From the NCBI GenBank assembly GCA_965261545.1, contig CBDHDF010000002.1, forward strand, positions 672,001-736,000: a stretch of DNA of 64,000 nt, written 5' to 3'. A program made the position numbers and the translations under genes. The notes beneath the pieces are model-generated. The model searched no databases, was not told where the DNA came from, and saw only the letters and a program-made list of their open reading frames with translations. Below are positions 10,035 through 19,040 of this stretch, piece by piece; the first letter of the stretch is position 1; each line of letters opens with the position of its first letter. The stretch comes from Bdellovibrionales bacterium (lineage in GTDB: Bacteria > Bdellovibrionota > Bdellovibrionia > Bdellovibrionales > UBA1609).

Positions 10035-13000
10035 TTGAGAACCGTGGTTGGATTTTTTGCAAGGGAGCATTTGCTGGGGAACCTCATGACAGTGTTTATT
10101 ATTGTCTTTGGGGTTTACATACTTACAAAGATGAGGCGCGATGTCTTTCCCAATGTTGATTTTAACCACACGATTGTTTCTACGGTCCTTCCAGGAGCTT
10201 CTCCCAAACAAATGGAAACCCTTGTTATCAATGTTATTGAGCCTCGTCTTAGGGAAGTGGATGGGCTTCGACTCATTCGTTCCACAGCCATTGAAAGTGT
10301 CGCTACGATCACGATTCAACTAGACCCCGACGCCAAGGACCCCGACAAAACCAATAGTGACATACAAAAGGCCATCGATCAGTTGGAGGACCTCCCTGAA
10401 GATGCTGAAAAGCCGATTATTACCACTGTGGAGTCGGGCAAAAGGCCTGTCATAGAAGTGAATATTTCTGGGGATGAGGCCACTCCCCTAGAATTAAGGG
10501 AAGCGACCAAGCACCTGTACGATGAACTTAGCAAGATCAGGGATGTTTCAAGCATTTACAAAATGGGTTACCTTAAGAAAGAGTGGGCTGTGGTCGCAAA
10601 TCCTGAAAAGCTTGCCCAGCGAAATATTTCCCTAAACACATTGATTCAGAAAATACGGCGCAATAATATTTCTTTTCCTGGGGGCACGGTGAAGAGTGGA
10701 GGGGGAACGGAGGCTCTTGTTCGCACGGAGTCCCAGTTTCAAAGTTCCCAAGAACTTTTAGACTCTGTTCTTCTTATCAATGATGCCGGTTTTGAAACAC
10801 GTATTTCCGATGTTGCTAAGGTCTATGAGACCTTTGAAGAGCCCAGAAGACTCTATCGTGCAGATGGAAAAGAGAGTCTTGTTTTGAGGGTGGCAAAGAA
10901 AACCAATGGAGATGCCCTTGATCTTGTGAAGCAAGTTAAGGGTAAAATCACCGAGGTTCAAAAAGACCTAAAAGATACCATTCAATTGAGTTTTTCCAAT
11001 GATGCCTCCGTTTATTTAGCCAACCGGCTTCGTACTTTGACTTGGAGCCTCACCATAGGTCTTGTTCTTGTCGTTTTGGTCCTCATTTTTTTTCTGCCTT
11101 GGCAGCTCACTCTCGTCGTTTCCGTGGGGATTCCCATGGCTCTTTTTGCCACTCTTATGATGGCTTCGCTTCTCGGATTTTCTCTCAATGTGGTGAGTCT
11201 TTTGGGGTTGATTATTGTTCTTGGGATGCTTGTGGATGACGCCATTGTCGTATGTGAAAATATTTGGCGCCATGTGGAAAAAGGTAAAAATAAAACTCAA
11301 GCTGTCATTGATGGCACTTGTGAAGTTTTCTCCCCCATTGTTGCTTCTATATTAACCACTATTTCAGCCTTTGCCCCCATGCTTTTTATGTCGGGGGTTT
11401 TTGGTGCCTTTGTCTTTCACATTCCTGTTATGGTTATTCTCGCTTTGATTTTTTCTCTTCTTGAAGTTTTTCTTATTATGCCCTCCCATTTTACAAGTTG
11501 GGTGAATCCCTTTATCAATCATTCGAAATTGGTGGCTAAAGCCCAACGCAAGACATGGTTTGACCGTGTGAATCAAGTTTATCAAGGCTATATTCATTGG
11601 AGCCTTAAATTTCGTTATCTCGTGATTCTTTTTACTATCATTTTGGCGGCTCTGACTATACAGACTTTGAAAACCAAGGGGCGATTTGTTCTCTTTCCCA
11701 ACGATGGGGCAGATATTTTTTTCGTGAATATAGAGGCTCCCACAGATGTTTCTCTTGAAACTATGGCCGAGACGATTGTCCCCATTGAAAAAGCTGTGGC
11801 TCGTATACCCGCCCATGAACTCAAGGATTTTTCCTCGACCGTTGGAGCCATCGAGCAAGATAGTTTTGATCCTCAAAAAAAGAGGGGTTCTAACTATGCG
11901 AGTATAAGAGTTACCCTAGCTCCTAGCAATACAAGAAAGCGTACCGCTCAAGAGATCATTGATGAACTGCGTTCACTTATAGAGCCTCCTCCTCCTGGGG
12001 TCACTCAAGTGAAAGTGAATCTTGCGAGAATGGGGCCACCCCAAGGGCGTGCTGTTTCTATAGACTTGGTGGGGACTGAGCTTGATAAACTGCAAGTGAT
12101 TTCTCAGAGGGTGAAAAGTGAACTTGCAAAAATAGTGGGTGTAAAAGATATAAGTGACTCTTTTATTGAAGGAAAAAAGGAATGGCAGGTGTTGCCACGC
12201 TTTAAAGACATGGCTCTTGTGGGTGTAAGCTCTTCGGAGGTGGCGCTCTCTGTGCAAGCCGCTTTTGCAGGGGTTGTGGCATCTTCTATTCGAGACCTTG
12301 ATGAAGAAACAAATATTCGAGTTCGCCTTAATGAAAGAAGGATGAAAGAAAAGAAGGGGAAAGAGAACAGGGTGAAGGGTAAAAAAATAAATCATCCCTT
12401 TACCTCTATCCACGTGGGCAATTCAAGAGGGCAACTGACACCTCTTACAGAGATCGTCGATGTGAAAAAGGTTCGTAGTTTAAGTACTATTCAGCATGTC
12501 AACCATCAGAGGGTGATTAATGTCTCTGCTGATGTGGATGTGAAGCAAACAACAGCGACCTTAGCCAACAGGCAAATCCAACCCATTGTGGAAAAAATTC
12601 TCAAGGAGTACCCCAGTCATTCGGTGAGATATGGAGGGGAAGACGAAGACACGAGGGAATCTCTCGGCTCCCTTTACACGGCTTTTACTTTTGCGGCTTT
12701 TATTATTTTTGCCCTTCTTGTGATCACTTTTAAGAATATTCTCCAACCCATTGTGATTCTGACTTCGATTCCCATGGGATTTATGGGAGCCTACTACGCT
12801 CTTTTGCTTCATGGTCGCCCCTTTAGTTTTATGGCCCTGCTCGGGGTGGTGGCACTGGCTGGAGTGATTGTCAACAACGCTATTGTTTTCACCGATTTTG
12901 TCAATCAACAACGCAAGAAGGGAGTGGGGATCAACGACTCCATTGTTCAAGCCGCAGGGATGCGCTTTCGCCCGATTCTTTTAACGACGGTGACCACCGT

Positions 13001-13241
13001 GTGTGGTCTTCTCCCCACAGCCTACGGGGAAACCATTCAAGATATATTTGGTGTGGGTGGGGGAGACCCTTTTGTGGTTCCCATTGCTCTGGCACTGGGT
13101 TGGGGGCTTGCCTTTGGATCTGTGATGACGAGTCTTTTCTTTCCTGTCTTTTTGCGAGTCTTGGATGATTTTAAATGGTGTGGTGACCAGGTATATCGTC
13201 TTTTTAAGTGGATATTAGGAGGAGGGGAGCAGCCACTATGA
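10035..13241 (+). CDS. RND-family (AcrB/AcrD/AcrF) transporter permease
   Basis: 1068 aa with two TM clusters; GMLVDDAIVVCEN, GVIVNNAIV, RFRPILLT. Confidence 0.93.
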   Translation: MRTVVGFFAREHLLGNLMTVFIIVFGVYILTKMRRDVFPNVDFNHTIVSTVLPGASPKQMETLVINVIEPRLREVDGLRLIRSTAIESVATITIQLDPDAKDPDKTNSDIQKAIDQLEDLPEDAEKPIITTVESGKRPVIEVNISGDEATPLELREATKHLYDELSKIRDVSSIYKMGYLKKEWAVVANPEKLAQRNISLNTLIQKIRRNNISFPGGTVKSGGGTEALVRTESQFQSSQELLDSVLLINDAGFETRISDVAKVYETFEEPRRLYRADGKESLVLRVAKKTNGDALDLVKQVKGKITEVQKDLKDTIQLSFSNDASVYLANRLRTLTWSLTIGLVLVVLVLIFFLPWQLTLVVSVGIPMALFATLMMASLLGFSLNVVSLLGLIIVLGMLVDDAIVVCENIWRHVEKGKNKTQAVIDGTCEVFSPIVASILTTISAFAPMLFMSGVFGAFVFHIPVMVILALIFSLLEVFLIMPSHFTSWVNPFINHSKLVAKAQRKTWFDRVNQVYQGYIHWSLKFRYLVILFTIILAALTIQTLKTKGRFVLFPNDGADIFFVNIEAPTDVSLETMAETIVPIEKAVARIPAHELKDFSSTVGAIEQDSFDPQKKRGSNYASIRVTLAPSNTRKRTAQEIIDELRSLIEPPPPGVTQVKVNLARMGPPQGRAVSIDLVGTELDKLQVISQRVKSELAKIVGVKDISDSFIEGKKEWQVLPRFKDMALVGVSSSEVALSVQAAFAGVVASSIRDLDEETNIRVRLNERRMKEKKGKENRVKGKKINHPFTSIHVGNSRGQLTPLTEIVDVKKVRSLSTIQHVNHQRVINVSADVDVKQTTATLANRQIQPIVEKILKEYPSHSVRYGGEDEDTRESLGSLYTAFTFAAFIIFALLVITFKNILQPIVILTSIPMGFMGAYYALLLHGRPFSFMALLGVVALAGVIVNNAIVFTDFVNQQRKKGVGINDSIVQAAGMRFRPILLTTVTTVCGLLPTAYGETIQDIFGVGGGDPFVVPIALALGWGLAFGSVMTSLFFPVFLRVLDDFKWCGDQVYRLFKWILGGGEQPL

Positions 13242-13299
13242 AAGGGAAGAAAAAGAAGAGAAGGAGAAACACCACTATGAGAGGGAAGGACGCACCATT

Positions 13300-14676
13300 A
13301 TGAGTTGGTTTGTGAAATGGAAATGGCGAAGAAATGCATGGATTTCGCCTCGCTTTGGTCAACTTGGTCCACGGGGTTCTATGAACTCCATGGGTATGAC
13401 GTGGCAAGTTCTTCATCATTACCTTTTTTCTCCGCGAGCAGGTGCTTTTATTAAAATCATGGCATGGCTTTGCATGGGTGGTGTGGGCATCGGAGTGGGG
13501 GCATTGACCATTGTGATGTCAGTGATGAATGGTTTTACCGATACCATGCAAGAAAGTCTTCTGTGGACAGAACCTCATATTGTGGTTCGTGGGGGAGGGA
13601 CCCTTGAAAGTATACAAAAAAAGCTTAGTTCATTGAATATAGAGGACGTCTATCCATTTGAGCAACAGGACGTCATTGTGCGTACAGTGGAGGGGGAGTT
13701 CAGTGGAGCAGTGGCTAAGGGCATAGGGTTCTTACCTTTGAAGCGGTTTCTTCGGAGAATGGAGAAGGCGACGGGTCGTCATCAAGTAGATTCAGTGGAT
13801 AAAGCAGATCTGGTGAATGAAGTAGACCAAGTGAATGAAGTAGACCAAGTGAATAAAGTGGATATGGTGAATCAAGGGGATGTGAGTCAGGTAGATAAGT
13901 TCCAGGTTCTTATTGGTCGAGAGCTTGCAAGGTCTTTGGATATTTTTGATGGAGATTCCATAACATTAATTCCCCCAGAGGCCCTAGTGCTTCCTAAGGA
14001 TGCGTTGCCTATGCTGGAAATATTGGAGGTGAAAGCCGTATTATCCACAAGGGTTCAGGCTTTTGATAGTCAAACAATACTTTACAACAAGAGTCACACC
14101 TTAAGGTCTTTTGTCAATACGTCGAGTTTTGAAAGGGGTTTTGAAATTTGGCTGGAAGATCCTTTGCAAGCGGTCGAGGCCAAGCTCCTACTAAGTGGAG
14201 AAGGAAAAGTTGAAACCTGGGAAGATCGAAATCGAGCTTTACTTTGGGCTCTGCGTTTGGAAAAAACAGCTATGAGTATTTTATTGAGTTTGGGGGCTTT
14301 GATTGCTTCTTTTTCCATTGTGACTGTGCTTGCACTTTTGCTCACCCAGAAGAAAATTGATATTGGCCTGATGATGGCTATGGGCATGTCTCGTTCGCAA
14401 ACAAAATGGATGTTTATGAAAATAGGTATGTTGCTATCTATGATGGGTATGGGCTCAGGGTTGGCAGTGGGTGTGCTTGTGAGTGCTTTCTTTGCCTTCA
14501 CTTCGTTTGAAATACTCCCCTCAGAGATTTATTATGAATCCACGCTTCCCTCTGAGATTAGTCTTGCACACTTGGCTGTGATTTTTCTGGGTTCTCTGAT
14601 TATTGCTTTTTTTGCATCTTGGCTTCCTGTGAGGTCTTATATTGGCAAGAGCATTTCGACCATATTGAGGAGTTAG
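13300..14676 (+). CDS. LolC/LolE-type ABC transporter permease (FtsX family)
   Basis: GVGALTIVMSVMNGF, W...N..L..AL.LEK, KKIDIGLMMAMG. Start could be ~13381-13396. Confidence 0.88.
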   Translation: MSWFVKWKWRRNAWISPRFGQLGPRGSMNSMGMTWQVLHHYLFSPRAGAFIKIMAWLCMGGVGIGVGALTIVMSVMNGFTDTMQESLLWTEPHIVVRGGGTLESIQKKLSSLNIEDVYPFEQQDVIVRTVEGEFSGAVAKGIGFLPLKRFLRRMEKATGRHQVDSVDKADLVNEVDQVNEVDQVNKVDMVNQGDVSQVDKFQVLIGRELARSLDIFDGDSITLIPPEALVLPKDALPMLEILEVKAVLSTRVQAFDSQTILYNKSHTLRSFVNTSSFERGFEIWLEDPLQAVEAKLLLSGEGKVETWEDRNRALLWALRLEKTAMSILLSLGALIASFSIVTVLALLLTQKKIDIGLMMAMGMSRSQTKWMFMKIGMLLSMMGMGSGLAVGVLVSAFFAFTSFEILPSEIYYESTLPSEISLAHLAVIFLGSLIIAFFASWLPVRSYIGKSISTILRS

Positions 14677-14994
14677 CATATTGAGGAGTTGGAAGGGAGA
14701 AGAAGGTTTCAATAGGTGCTTGTCCGGGCGCACTCCACCAATACATTGTCGGTCTCATGATGGTATCATGGCTATCTGTGTGCCACTTAAAGATCTTTCA
14801 GGGATTAATTTGCGAAACGAAGTGTTTCACAATAAAACAAGTTACGAATAAACTCGAAGTTAACCTCTCATGGGGTCCACCTCACTAAACGGGGACTTAC
14901 GTCCGGAAAACATACCTAGATCGGCGGCACTTCCATAGGTGGACCCATTTTTTTGTTGAGAAAGCGGATATACCCCAAAAAATCATCTTAATCT

Positions 14995-15021
14995 TCAAGC
15001 CCTTTCTGAACATGCCGATAC
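14995..15021 (+). promoter_or_regulatory. Putative sigma28 (FliA) promoter of spoVG
   Basis: TCAA-N15-GCCGATAC. Confidence 0.6.
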
Positions 15022-15093
15022 AATCTTAGTGTGATGACATATGATTTCTTCACTCTATATCCTATAAATATAAAGAAACTAAGTAAATAAGCC

Positions 15094-15396
15094 ATGGAGG
15101 AGAGTTTAATGAAAATAACTGCTATTGATGTTGTTCCAATCAATCAAGATCGTTTGAAGGCCTATGTTTCCATAACTATTGAGAATAGTTTTGTTGTCAG
15201 AGATTTGAAGATTATTCGTGGAAACGGTGGGTTATTTGTTGCCATGCCTAGCCGGAGAAAAAAAAATGGGCAGTTTAAAGATATTGCCCATCCCCTCGAT
15301 CAAGAAACTCGAAGCCAAATTGAAAAAGCTATCTTTGAGGTTTATAAAGGAGCGATTCATGTAGAGGACTCTTCTTACATGGGCAATACTGGTTAA
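15094..15396 (+). CDS. spoVG: SpoVG family nucleic-acid-binding regulator
   Basis: LKAYVSITI..SFVVRDLKII.G..GLFVAMPSR...FKDIAHP. Likely start 15109 after GGAGGAG. Confidence 0.93.
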   Translation: MEESLMKITAIDVVPINQDRLKAYVSITIENSFVVRDLKIIRGNGGLFVAMPSRRKKNGQFKDIAHPLDQETRSQIEKAIFEVYKGAIHVEDSSYMGNTG

Positions 15397-15475
15397 TTTC
15401 ACTTAGCAGTATGAAAAAATAAAGTAACAACTGCTCACACTCATTTGATGTAATATCAGGTGTGTGTTGTGGTGC

Positions 15476-16980
15476 CTAAATGGGCTGGCACCTTAAGGGG
15501 AGTTGTTCAAAGGCTAAGGGTTCTGACTCGCCCTTCACTGTATAAACTCGAAGAGAATTGGTTTTTTTTTTTCTGGAACAGGGACGCCGAGGGTGAGTAT
15601 CACTCGGTCTCCTTGCTTGACAAGGCCATAGTGCAAGAGCAAAGACTCCATCTGAGTTATAGCCTCATCCGTGGAGTTATAGGGGGCTATCTTAAAAGTT
15701 TGTATCCCCCAGGACAATTCCAATCTGTTTAAAGTATCTTCGAGATGAGTCATAGCAATGATACGAGATCGAGGTCGGAAGCCAGAAATTAAAGTGGCTG
15801 TTCGTCCCGTAGTTGTTAAACAAACAATGGCTGCGGCCTGTAAATGAAGGGCTGAAAGGCAAGCGCTGGCACCAATGGCCTCAGGAATATTCACAAACTC
15901 CCGGTTCAAAGATATTTCGTAATAAGCTCTCTCGTTCTTTTCCACTTCTAAAATAATGTCATGCATGGTGCGAATGCACTTGAAGGGATGACGACCACTG
16001 GCGGTTTCGGCAGAGAGCATCAGAGCATCCGAACCATCAATGACGGCATTGGCAATATCCGTGATTTCAGCCCTTGTGGGACGAGGATTTTCTACCATGC
16101 TATCAAGCATTTGGGTGGCCGTAATGACAGGACAGCCCACATTGTTACACAGCTTAATAATTCTCTTTTGAAGACCCGGCAGTTGGCTCTGCCCCACCTC
16201 TACGGATAAATCCCCCCGGGCCACCATCACGGCATCACTTAAAACCACAATCTCTTCGAGATTTTCAATGGCTTCCAACATCTCAATTTTGGCCACAATT
16301 TTTATACTTGGATTTTTAGATTGAACGATCTCTCGAACCTTGCGGATATCATCACCACAACGAACAAAACTCAGGGCCACATAATCCACATTATTTTCAA
16401 GTCCAAAGTTTAAATCCGCCAAATCCTTTGATGTTAAGCAATCAACAGGCAGTGAAACCCCCGGTAAATTGATGCCCTTTCTCGATTTTAAAGTTCCACC
16501 AAAAATGACCTCGCAATGAACTTCATGCCCTATTACCTTCACCACTCGAAGTTCCAACAAGCCATCGTCTAAGAAAATCTTAGTGCCAGTCTTGCAACAA
16601 TTTGGAAGTTTTTTGAAATCAGAGGATATACGATGGCAAGTGCCCAACCCGCTTTTATCTTTGGTCTCTTTGATTCCTTTGGTGTCTTCGGTGGTGATAA
16701 TGAGTGAACTCCCAGACTTAAGTTCCACTTGCCCCTTTTCCATCAAGCCCACACGAATTTTAGGACCCTGGAGATCTTGTAAGATAGCCACAGGAGCCTT
16801 AAGCTCCCTGGAAAGCTCTCTGAGGTGATTTAAAACAGATTGGTGTTCCCCATGGTCTCCATGGGAAAAATTAAGCCTGGCCACATTCATACCCGATTCA
16901 ATGGCTTTTCTCAGATTTTCTTTAGATGATGTGGAAGGACCAATGGTAGACACAATCTTCGCTCTTCGATGGGATAGCAT
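15476..16980 (-). CDS. pyk: Pyruvate kinase; C-terminus frameshifted in an A11 tract (ORF as read stops at 15535)
   Basis: KIVSTIGP, RLNFSHG, DLQGPKIR, MVARGDL, ATQMLDSM, MLSAETASG. The conserved TNSLRVY end lies in the adjacent frame, ending at 15476. Confidence 0.95.
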
Positions 16981-17108
16981 AAAGATATACTAGCAGAAAC
17001 TTACCCATAAATCACCCTATAAGTATTTTGTAACTCTAAATTGCTCGCAGAAGTTCTTCTTCGGCATAGATAGTTTTAACATGTTGAGTGATATTCTGGG
17101 GGGTTGTA

Positions 17109-18858
17109 CCTGAATTCTACAAAAATGGTAACAAGGATTCTGGCCTAAGGTCCTGACATTGTGAAGCGACGGCTGGGATTAATATTTGTACTTACATTGA
17201 ACGCCTTCAAAATATCTTTTTGCTTTTTTGACACTTCACCAAGTATGGGAGTGCCTGTGGCTAGCTCATACAACTTGAGACGGTCTAATATCTTATAAAG
17301 TTCGGCTTTTGTCATTTTTTTGTATAGCTCATTTTTCTTCATCACATGATCAACCCATGTAATCAAAATTAAAGAGATAAAATTAATGAAAATACTTCCT
17401 CTCATTGCGATCAACGAATGTGTCCTATTTCTTTTCTCATCTATGTCATGCTTAAAAGCACGAAAAACCTTTTCTACACAATCTTTTCTTCTATATAATC
17501 TTAAAATTTCATCCCGATCCATTTGAATGTTATTAGTGATGAGAATCAAGCAGCCCATCTTTATCATCTCATCTCGAAAAACATTGAGGTTTCTCTCAAT
17601 TACAAATTTATTCTCGGATTCTTCAATGAAAAAAAAATTTTTCTTAGTTTTTAATGTCTCTTTCAAATAAAGAGATGCATCATCCTTACTTGAAAAATTT
17701 TTTTCTAAAAAAAGATTTTCTAAATCTGATATCTTTCTTATAAAAATAGACTCCTGATCAGACCGCCTCTTACCTTCTAAAAAAACATGAGCCATACAAC
17801 TTTCACTTCCAATTTCTATTTCTTTCTTAGAGTAGGAGTATACTTGCTCATAGAAAGCAAATAATGATCCAGGAGATAATAACTTGTCATGCAAGTCAAA
17901 TAAAATTTCTTTAGATTTCTGAGTGCTGAAGCTCATAGGAACTATATAGCTCAAGCCTTGTTTGTTCATATTCTTTATGTTTTCTTGACTATAAAACCCT
18001 TTGTCCATCACTAAAATATCAAGATTTAACTTATATCTACCCACAAGATCTGTTACATTCCTCAGTGTCGTTACATCCGTAATACTGCCAGGGTATACCC
18101 TGTAAGCTAAAGGTAAGCCTATTGAATTAGTGCTGGAAGCTCGTGCAATCAAACCCAAATTTACTTGTTCTAAATTTTCGCCATCTCTATTGTAACCTCG
18201 TTCCAAAAATTCATTTTTGGACCCATAAGAAGAAATAGATGTAATATCAAATAGGATAGAGCCAGTAGATTTAAGCTCTTTTATCCAATTTGTAAAAAAA
18301 ATATCTATTTTTTTCTCGTCTTGACCAATAGAGTGTAAAAGTCTACTAGTTTTGGTCGATCCCATAGAAATTTCTTTGGAAACGTAAGACTCTTCACACC
18401 AAGACTTATAAAAATAATAAGGCTCTTTCTTTATAATCTTAAAACATGACAAATGAAGAATCTTTTCATATTCCTCAGGAAAAACTTGTTTGACAACTTT
18501 AAGTAGTTTGGATTGTTTACAAATTTCTTTCAGAAAATATAAAGATCCAACAGTATAGGAGCCTATAGGGACTTTTTTCTTTTTAGTTTTAATCTCACCG
18601 CTGACCTCATCTTTACGCCCTAAATAGGTTCTTTTTTGGCGAGATTGTTTTTTCTTTGAGTCCCAATAGCCGTGTATCTCATAAACGTAAATTTTACCGT
18701 TTCTCTTTTGCTCATGTAAATAAGACATTGTTACCAATGGTAACAAGGATTTTGAATTCTTTCAATTCAAAAGAGGTCTGAAACCGCGTTATATTTGTTC
18801 TGAAGTCAGATTCTAGACTTTAGACCTAAACCTTGTTACCATTTTTGTAGAATTCAGG
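17109..18858 (-). mobile_element. IS1634-family insertion sequence, complete (1750 bp)
   Basis: Perfect 28-bp IRs CCTGAATTCTACAAAAATGGTAACAAGG (17109-17136 / 18831-18858); 6-bp TSD GTTGTA (17103-17108, 18859-18864). Confidence 0.95.
17145..18728 (-). CDS. IS1634-family transposase
   Basis: YVYE...WD..KKQSRQKRTYLG, FDITSISSY, GYNRDGE.L.QVNLG, MDKGFYS, YRRKDCVEKVF. Confidence 0.93.
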   Translation of the reverse strand: MSYLHEQKRNGKIYVYEIHGYWDSKKKQSRQKRTYLGRKDEVSGEIKTKKKKVPIGSYTVGSLYFLKEICKQSKLLKVVKQVFPEEYEKILHLSCFKIIKKEPYYFYKSWCEESYVSKEISMGSTKTSRLLHSIGQDEKKIDIFFTNWIKELKSTGSILFDITSISSYGSKNEFLERGYNRDGENLEQVNLGLIARASSTNSIGLPLAYRVYPGSITDVTTLRNVTDLVGRYKLNLDILVMDKGFYSQENIKNMNKQGLSYIVPMSFSTQKSKEILFDLHDKLLSPGSLFAFYEQVYSYSKKEIEIGSESCMAHVFLEGKRRSDQESIFIRKISDLENLFLEKNFSSKDDASLYLKETLKTKKNFFFIEESENKFVIERNLNVFRDEMIKMGCLILITNNIQMDRDEILRLYRRKDCVEKVFRAFKHDIDEKRNRTHSLIAMRGSIFINFISLILITWVDHVMKKNELYKKMTKAELYKILDRLKLYELATGTPILGEVSKKQKDILKAFNVSTNINPSRRFTMSGP

Positions 18859-19040
18859 GTTGTATCAAATAGTTTCGCTATTTGGGCTTGGGAAAGCCAT
18901 ATTGTTTGGCTCTCATGGTCCAGCTTGATTTCAATTTCAACCTGACCATCATCAGTACGGTAAAGGAGAATTTCACTATTCTCACTCATCATTTTAAGCC
19001 TCTCTTAGTCTTTGTCTTGATTAGGTTTGCTCAATCATGG

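Larger units (their letters stand above)
17036..18992 (-). pseudogene. RhuM/Fic-type N-terminal gene fragment, split by IS1634 and truncated
   Basis: MMSENSEILLYRTDDGQVEIEIKLDHESQTIWLSQAQIAKLFDT (18992-18859) rejoins in frame across the TSD with TPQNITQHVKTIYAEEEL...stop at 17036. Confidence 0.8.

Noticed and set aside
14716..14733. GTGCGCCCGG on the minus strand as another group II intron 5' scar
   Set aside because: Match is only ~10 nt, and there is no convincing adjacent terminator hairpin
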